Assembly (NCBI GenBank): GCA_903860135.1
Contig: CAIOPG010000014.1
Coordinates: 23,180-87,179 of the forward strand
Direction: 5' to 3'
DNA: 64,000 bases
Origin: Candidatus Omnitrophota bacterium
Lineage (GTDB): Bacteria > Omnitrophota > Gorgyraeia > Zapsychrales > Fredricksoniimonadaceae
Shown here: in pieces, positions 59,015 to 64,000 of the stretch
Layout of the letters: every line of letters begins with the position of its first letter
Position numbering within the stretch: the first letter of the stretch is position 1
Translations under genes and position numbers: made by a program
The notes under the pieces: model-generated
Seen by the model: only the letters and a program-made list of their open reading frames with translations
The model's database searches: none
Told to the model about the DNA's origin: nothing

Positions 59015-60397
59015 TTAGGCGGACTTCCCTTCCAACAGATATTTACTTTTGTTTTTAGGAATATCGACAGGGTACTGGCCCGAATAACAGGCGTGACAAA
59101 ACCCCTTGCCATCTTTCATGACCGACAGCATCCCCTCAAGGCTCAAGAACTGAAGGGAATCAACCTCGATAAAGTCCGCGATCTCCTGGATCGTCTTGCC
59201 ATGAGCCAGCAGTTCGCCAACCGACGGGAAATCAATGCCGTAGAAACACGGGGCAATGATCGGCGGACAGGTGATGCGCATATGGATCTCTTTGGCTCCA
59301 GCCGCGCGGATCTCACGCACACGGCTGCGGCTGGTTGTGCCGCGCACGATCGAATCCTCGACGACAACGATCTTCCGGCCCCGGATCACATCACGGATAG
59401 GATTCAGCTTCACCCGCACACGAAAATCCCTTAGGAACTGCGATGGCTGAATGAACGTGCGCCCGATATAATGATTACGGATCATCCCTACTTCATAAGG
59501 GAGCTTTAATTCCCCGGCGTACCCGAGTGCCGCGGAGACTCCGGAATCAGGGATCGGCATGACAAAATCAACACCCGGCACCGGTGCTTCCTTGGCCAGC
59601 TGAGCCCCCAGGCGCTTTCTGACCAGATAGACATTATCATCAAAAATATGACTGTCCGGACGGGCAAAATAAACATTTTCAAAGACACACTGGGCTTTTT
59701 TTGCTGTGGCCTGCCCAGGCAAAAAAACCGACTCCAGCTTACTGCCCCGGATAATGACCACCTCGCCCGGCGCGATCTCGCGAACAAACTCCGCCTTGAT
59801 CAAGTCTAGCGCGCACGTTTCGCTCGCCAGGACATAACCGTCACCCAGCTTCCCCAGCACAAGCGGACGAAAACCCTGCGGATCACGGGCACCGACTAGC
59901 GTATCCTCGATCATAAAAATAACAGAGAATGATCCCTGCAGCTGCGCCAGGACATCCACAAACCATTTCTTGTAATCACCATTGGGCGTCTTGACAAGGA
60001 GATGGACCAGGATCTCGGAATCCATCGACGTCTGAAAAATAGAACCACCGTCTTCAAGTCGGCGATACAGGTCTTCGGTGTTGGTCAAATTGCCGTTATG
60101 CGCAACCGCGATGGGACGATTACGGTGCGTGACAAGGAACGGCTGGCAATTCTTGATATTGCTGGAACCGGTGGTGGAATAACGGGTGTGCGCAATGGCG
60201 GTGCGGCCCTTGAGCGAATTGAGGGCCTCCTCGCCAAAAACATCAAACACCAGCCCGCGGTCCTTAATGATATGCACATTGCCGTCATACGTGGCGATAC
60301 CCGAAGCCTCTTCACCGCGGTGCTGCAGGGCATACAACCCCAAGTACGCGATCTTGGATGCTTCAGGATGATCGGAAATACCAATGATGCCGCACAT
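59015..60397 (-). CDS. purF: Amidophosphoribosyltransferase
   Basis: MCGIIGI N-terminal nucleophile and a PRTase domain. Confidence 0.95.
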   Translation of the reverse strand: MCGIIGISDHPEASKIAYLGLYALQHRGEEASGIATYDGNVHIIKDRGLVFDVFGEEALNSLKGRTAIAHTRYSTTGSSNIKNCQPFLVTHRNRPIAVAHNGNLTNTEDLYRRLEDGGSIFQTSMDSEILVHLLVKTPNGDYKKWFVDVLAQLQGSFSVIFMIEDTLVGARDPQGFRPLVLGKLGDGYVLASETCALDLIKAEFVREIAPGEVVIIRGSKLESVFLPGQATAKKAQCVFENVYFARPDSHIFDDNVYLVRKRLGAQLAKEAPVPGVDFVMPIPDSGVSAALGYAGELKLPYEVGMIRNHYIGRTFIQPSQFLRDFRVRVKLNPIRDVIRGRKIVVVEDSIVRGTTSRSRVREIRAAGAKEIHMRITCPPIIAPCFYGIDFPSVGELLAHGKTIQEIADFIEVDSLQFLSLEGMLSVMKDGKGFCHACYSGQYPVDIPKNKSKYLLEGKSA

Positions 60398-60460
60398 AAA
60401 CAAGGGCCTTTTTATCCCGGGGAAAAACCTTGCCGCCGGGAGGATCGCGGAGAATCGGGA

Positions 60461-63400
60461 TTAACTGCGACTGTAATACGCTTGTAATGACTCGACGGTA
60501 AAACCTTCTTTTAAACTTGCCTCAATGCCGTGCACCGCCGCCCACGCGCCCTGAAGGGTCGTGATGCAGGGGATCGCGTGACGGATCGCGGTCGAACGGA
60601 TCCGGCGCATATCCGACTGGCTCTTTTTGCCCGAAGGCGTATTGATAACCAGGTTGATCTCGCTCTTTTCAAGAAGGGTCAGCACATTGCGCTCCCCCTC
60701 GCCTGTCTTGTCCAGAATAAGCGCCGCCACCCCGCTGGAACGCAAGACCTTGGCTGTTCCCTTGGTCGCATAGATCTTGAACCCAAGATCATGCAGCCTT
60801 TTGGCCATGAAAGCAATGTGCCGCTTGTCATTTTCATTAACACTGATAAAGACCGAACCTTTTTTAGGCAGCGCCTGATTGGCCGCGATCTGACTCTTGG
60901 CAAACGCCGCACCGAAAGTCGGCGCCATGCCCATGACCTCGCCCGTCGATTTCATCTCGGGACCAAGGATAATGTCAACACCCGAGAAGCGCGAAAACGG
61001 CAGGACACATTCCTTAACAGAGACAAGCTTCAGGTGCTCAATATCAGGCAGGGCAGGAAAATGGCTCAACTTCTCGCCGGCCATGATGCGCGCCGCTATC
61101 TTGGCCAAGGGCACGCCGATAGCCTTGGACACAAACGGCACCGTGCGCGACGCCCGCGGGTTCACTTCAAGCACAAAAACCTTCTCGCCCTTGACAGCAA
61201 ACTGAATATTGAGCAGTCCGACCACATTCAGGGCCAGCGCGATACGCCGGGTGCTTGCCTTGATCTCGGCGAGAATGTCCTCACTCAAGGTGTGCGGCGG
61301 CAAGACGCAGGCGGAATCACCGGAATGAATGCCGGCATTCTCAATGTGCTCCATGATCCCGGCAACAAACACATCCTTGCCATCACAGATCGCGTCAACA
61401 TCAACTTCCATCGCATCTTCGATGAATTTATCAATAAGGATCGGATGGCCGCGCGACACATCCGCGACCTCGTCAATGAACGTCAACAGGGTCTCTTCGT
61501 CAAAAACAATACGCATGGCGCGTCCGCCTAGGACATAAGAAGGGCGCACCAGAACAGGATAGCCGACGCGCGATGCCGCGGCAATGGCATCATCGACCGA
61601 GGCGGCGATCTCATTCGATGGCTGGGCGATCTTAAGCTGATTTAAAAGGGCCGAAAAACGTTCGCGGTTTTCCGCCACATCAATGGCGTCAACACTGGTG
61701 CCAATGATCGGCACCCCTGCCTGCTGAAGGCGGCGCGCCAGGTTGAGCGGTGTCTGTCCGCCGAACTGGACGATGACCCCGTCGGGCTTTTCGACATCCA
61801 CGATATTCATTACATCTTCAAACGTAAGCGGCTCAAAATACAAACGGTCAGAAGTATCATAATCGGTCGAGACAGTTTCAGGATTGGAATTGACCATGAT
61901 CGTCTCAAAGCCGCGTTCTTTCAGCGCAAAAGCCGCGTGACAACAGCAATAATCAAACTCGATGCCCTGACCGATCCGGTTAGGACCACCACCGAGGATC
62001 ATGATCTTCCGGCGCGGGCCCTTGGTAGCCTTGCTGAGCTTTTCATTCTGAAGGATCGCTTCATCTTCAGTCTCATACGTCGAATAGAAATAAGGGGTGT
62101 ACGCCTCAAACTCGGCGGCGCAAGTATCCACCGCCTTGAACGTGGCCACCACACCGGCCTCTTTGCGCCACTGGCGGACATCGCCCTCGCTCAGGCTGGT
62201 AATGTCAGCCAGCTGAACATCGGAGAAGCCCCATTCCTTGGCCTTGCGCAGCGTTTTAATATCAAGCTTCCGGTCGGCCGCGACCAGCGCGATCATTTCA
62301 CGCTCGAATTCGACCAACTGCAACATCTGGGCAACAAACCATTTATCCACACGGGTCGCTGTCACCACCTGGTCAACGGTAAGTCCTTTTTGAAGCGCGT
62401 ACTTCATATAAAAAATACGCGACGCATTGGGCTCGCGCAGGCGCAACATCATTTTCTCATCATCGACAAAGCGGTAATCCATTTTATTATCCAACCCGGC
62501 GTGATGGATCTCAAGGCCACGCAGACCCTTTTGCAGGGCTTCCTTGAACGTGCGCCCGATGGCCATGGTCTCACCCACAGATTTCATCTGCACACCCAGG
62601 ATATCCTTGGCTTCGGGGAACTTTTCAAAAGTGAAGCGCGGGATCTTGATCACGCAATAATCAATGACGGGCTCAAAAGACGCCGGGGTCTCGCGCGTGA
62701 TATCGTTCTGGATCTCGTCGAGCGTATAACCGACTGCAAGCTTGGCCGCAAACTTGGCGATAGGGAACCCCGTGGCCTTGGAAGCCAGGGCCGAGGAACG
62801 CGACACGCGCGGATTCATTTCAATGACGACCACACGCCCGCTCTGGGGGTGCACGGCAAACTGTATATTCGACCCGCCCGTTTCAACGCCGATCTCACGA
62901 ATCAAGGTCAGGGCCTGGTCGCGCATATTCTGGTATTCACGGTCCGTCAACGTTTGCGCTGGGGCCACCGTGATCGAATCACCTGTATGCACGCCCATCG
63001 CATCAAAATTTTCAATGGAACACACAATGACAACATTGTCTTTCTTGTCGCGCATGAGCTCAAGCTCATACTCTTTCCAGCCCTCGATGGACTCTTCGAT
63101 AAGGATCTCGCTAATCATACTGCTTTCAATGCCAAGTTTAGCTTTGGCTTCAAATTCCTCACGGCTGTAAACAATAGACCCGCCCGTACCGCCGAGGGTA
63201 AAACTCGAACGAATAATGCACGGGAACCCGATCTCGCCGGCAGCAACAAACGCCTCTTCCATCGTGTGCGCGAAAGTACTCTTGGGCAGGTCAAGCCCTA
63301 CCCGCTGGCAGGCCTGTTTGAACAGACGGCGATCTTCCGCTTTCTTGATGACTTCGTATTTGGCGCCGAGCATCTCAACCTTGTACTTTTCGAGGACACC

Positions 63401-63715
63401 TTTTTCCCAAAGCTCAACAGCAAGATTCAGCCCCGTCTGGCCGCCCAATGTCGGCAGGATGGCATCAGGCCGCTCCTTGGCGATAATCTGTTCTAGGAAC
63501 TCAACGTTCAGCGGTTCAATGTATGTTTGGTCGGCGGTTTCAGGGTCGGTCATGATCGTGGCTGGATTAGAATTGACCAGCACGATAGAGTAACCTTCCT
63601 CACGCAGGGCCTTGCACGCCTGAGTGCCGGAATAATCGAATTCGCAAGCCTGTCCGATAACGATCGGACCAGAACCAATCAGGAGGATCTTCTTGATGTC
63701 GGTGCGTTTAGGCAT
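60461..63715 (-). CDS. carB: Carbamoyl-phosphate synthase large subunit
   Basis: 1084 aa. Duplicated ATP-grasp halves and an MGS-like C-terminus. Confidence 0.95.
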   Translation of the reverse strand: MPKRTDIKKILLIGSGPIVIGQACEFDYSGTQACKALREEGYSIVLVNSNPATIMTDPETADQTYIEPLNVEFLEQIIAKERPDAILPTLGGQTGLNLAVELWEKGVLEKYKVEMLGAKYEVIKKAEDRRLFKQACQRVGLDLPKSTFAHTMEEAFVAAGEIGFPCIIRSSFTLGGTGGSIVYSREEFEAKAKLGIESSMISEILIEESIEGWKEYELELMRDKKDNVVIVCSIENFDAMGVHTGDSITVAPAQTLTDREYQNMRDQALTLIREIGVETGGSNIQFAVHPQSGRVVVIEMNPRVSRSSALASKATGFPIAKFAAKLAVGYTLDEIQNDITRETPASFEPVIDYCVIKIPRFTFEKFPEAKDILGVQMKSVGETMAIGRTFKEALQKGLRGLEIHHAGLDNKMDYRFVDDEKMMLRLREPNASRIFYMKYALQKGLTVDQVVTATRVDKWFVAQMLQLVEFEREMIALVAADRKLDIKTLRKAKEWGFSDVQLADITSLSEGDVRQWRKEAGVVATFKAVDTCAAEFEAYTPYFYSTYETEDEAILQNEKLSKATKGPRRKIMILGGGPNRIGQGIEFDYCCCHAAFALKERGFETIMVNSNPETVSTDYDTSDRLYFEPLTFEDVMNIVDVEKPDGVIVQFGGQTPLNLARRLQQAGVPIIGTSVDAIDVAENRERFSALLNQLKIAQPSNEIAASVDDAIAAASRVGYPVLVRPSYVLGGRAMRIVFDEETLLTFIDEVADVSRGHPILIDKFIEDAMEVDVDAICDGKDVFVAGIMEHIENAGIHSGDSACVLPPHTLSEDILAEIKASTRRIALALNVVGLLNIQFAVKGEKVFVLEVNPRASRTVPFVSKAIGVPLAKIAARIMAGEKLSHFPALPDIEHLKLVSVKECVLPFSRFSGVDIILGPEMKSTGEVMGMAPTFGAAFAKSQIAANQALPKKGSVFISVNENDKRHIAFMAKRLHDLGFKIYATKGTAKVLRSSGVAALILDKTGEGERNVLTLLEKSEINLVINTPSGKKSQSDMRRIRSTAIRHAIPCITTLQGAWAAVHGIEASLKEGFTVESLQAYYSRS

Positions 63716-64000
63716 GTTTTTTATGTTTATCCATCATAGAGGTGAACGTATTGAACAGATACTGGGCGTCGCGCGGCCCGGGAGCGGCTTCAGGATGATA
63801 CTGAACCGAAAAGAGAGGGTGTTTCTTGTGGCGTAGCCCCTCGACCGTCCGGTCATTCAAATTAATGTGCGCGGCTTCGACGTCAGCCGCGTTGAGGCTC
63901 TGGATATCCACACAAAAACCATGATTTTGCGACGTGATACTGATGCGGCCGGTCTCAAGGTCCTTAACCGGATGATTACTGCCATGATGCCCGAACTTAA
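63708..64000 (-). CDS. carA: Carbamoyl-phosphate synthase small subunit, 3' portion only (gene continues beyond the window edge)
   Basis: C-terminal GATase-1 region ...[21 protein letters not shown]... overlapping the carB start. The reading frame is open to position 64000. Confidence 0.85.
   Translation of the reverse strand, partial: KFGHHGSNHPVKDLETGRISITSQNHGFCVDIQSLNAADVEAAHINLNDRTVEGLRHKKHPLFSVQYHPEAAPGPRDAQYLFNTFTSMMDKHKKHA

Noticed and set aside
61937-63496. 519-aa plus-strand ORF antisense to carB
   Set aside because: Shadow ORF. carB on the opposite strand is unambiguous.

Overview
This 64 kb window is bacterial chromosome with roughly 55-60 % GC, very dense in genes and with almost every gene on the minus strand. 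The core is conserved housekeeping: lpxL-like, lnt, secA, prfB (with its programmed +1 frameshift visible), ychF, a uvrC-like gene, murJ, rpsT, holA, lptE, a TPR BamD/CpoB-like gene, comEC, comEA and leuS. A complete PyrR-attenuated pyrimidine operon follows (pyrR-pyrB-pyrC-pyrK-pyrD-pyrF), then rsmI, glmS, rpmA, dsbA-like, dacA-like, trmB, uppP, amtB-glnK, rpe, pyrG, purF, carB and the 3' end of carA. There are four tRNA genes: Asp and Val, Glu, and Leu. The LpxL, LptE, BamD/BamE-like and Lnt genes indicate a diderm (Gram-negative-type) organism. Lower-GC accessory segments interrupt this backbone. One is a toxin-antitoxin and nucleotidyltransferase islet between ychF and uvrC. Another is a higBA module. 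A third is a ~5 kb island next to tRNA-Glu carrying Fic, a lytic transglycosylase, a YhcG-like PDDEXK nuclease and unknowns, next to a two-component system with two paralogous small secreted proteins. A FIST / GAF-histidine-kinase / REC-GGDEF-like signalling operon sits behind amtB-glnK. The most unusual object is a ~1,830-aa predicted membrane protein (29038..34536, minus strand). Its cytoplasmic core reproduces the GlmS architecture (a class-II glutamine amidotransferase domain plus a SIS domain) but sits between transmembrane segments and large unknown domains, two genes away from the canonical glmS. All calls come from reading the ORF translations and DNA by eye. No database search or computation was run.
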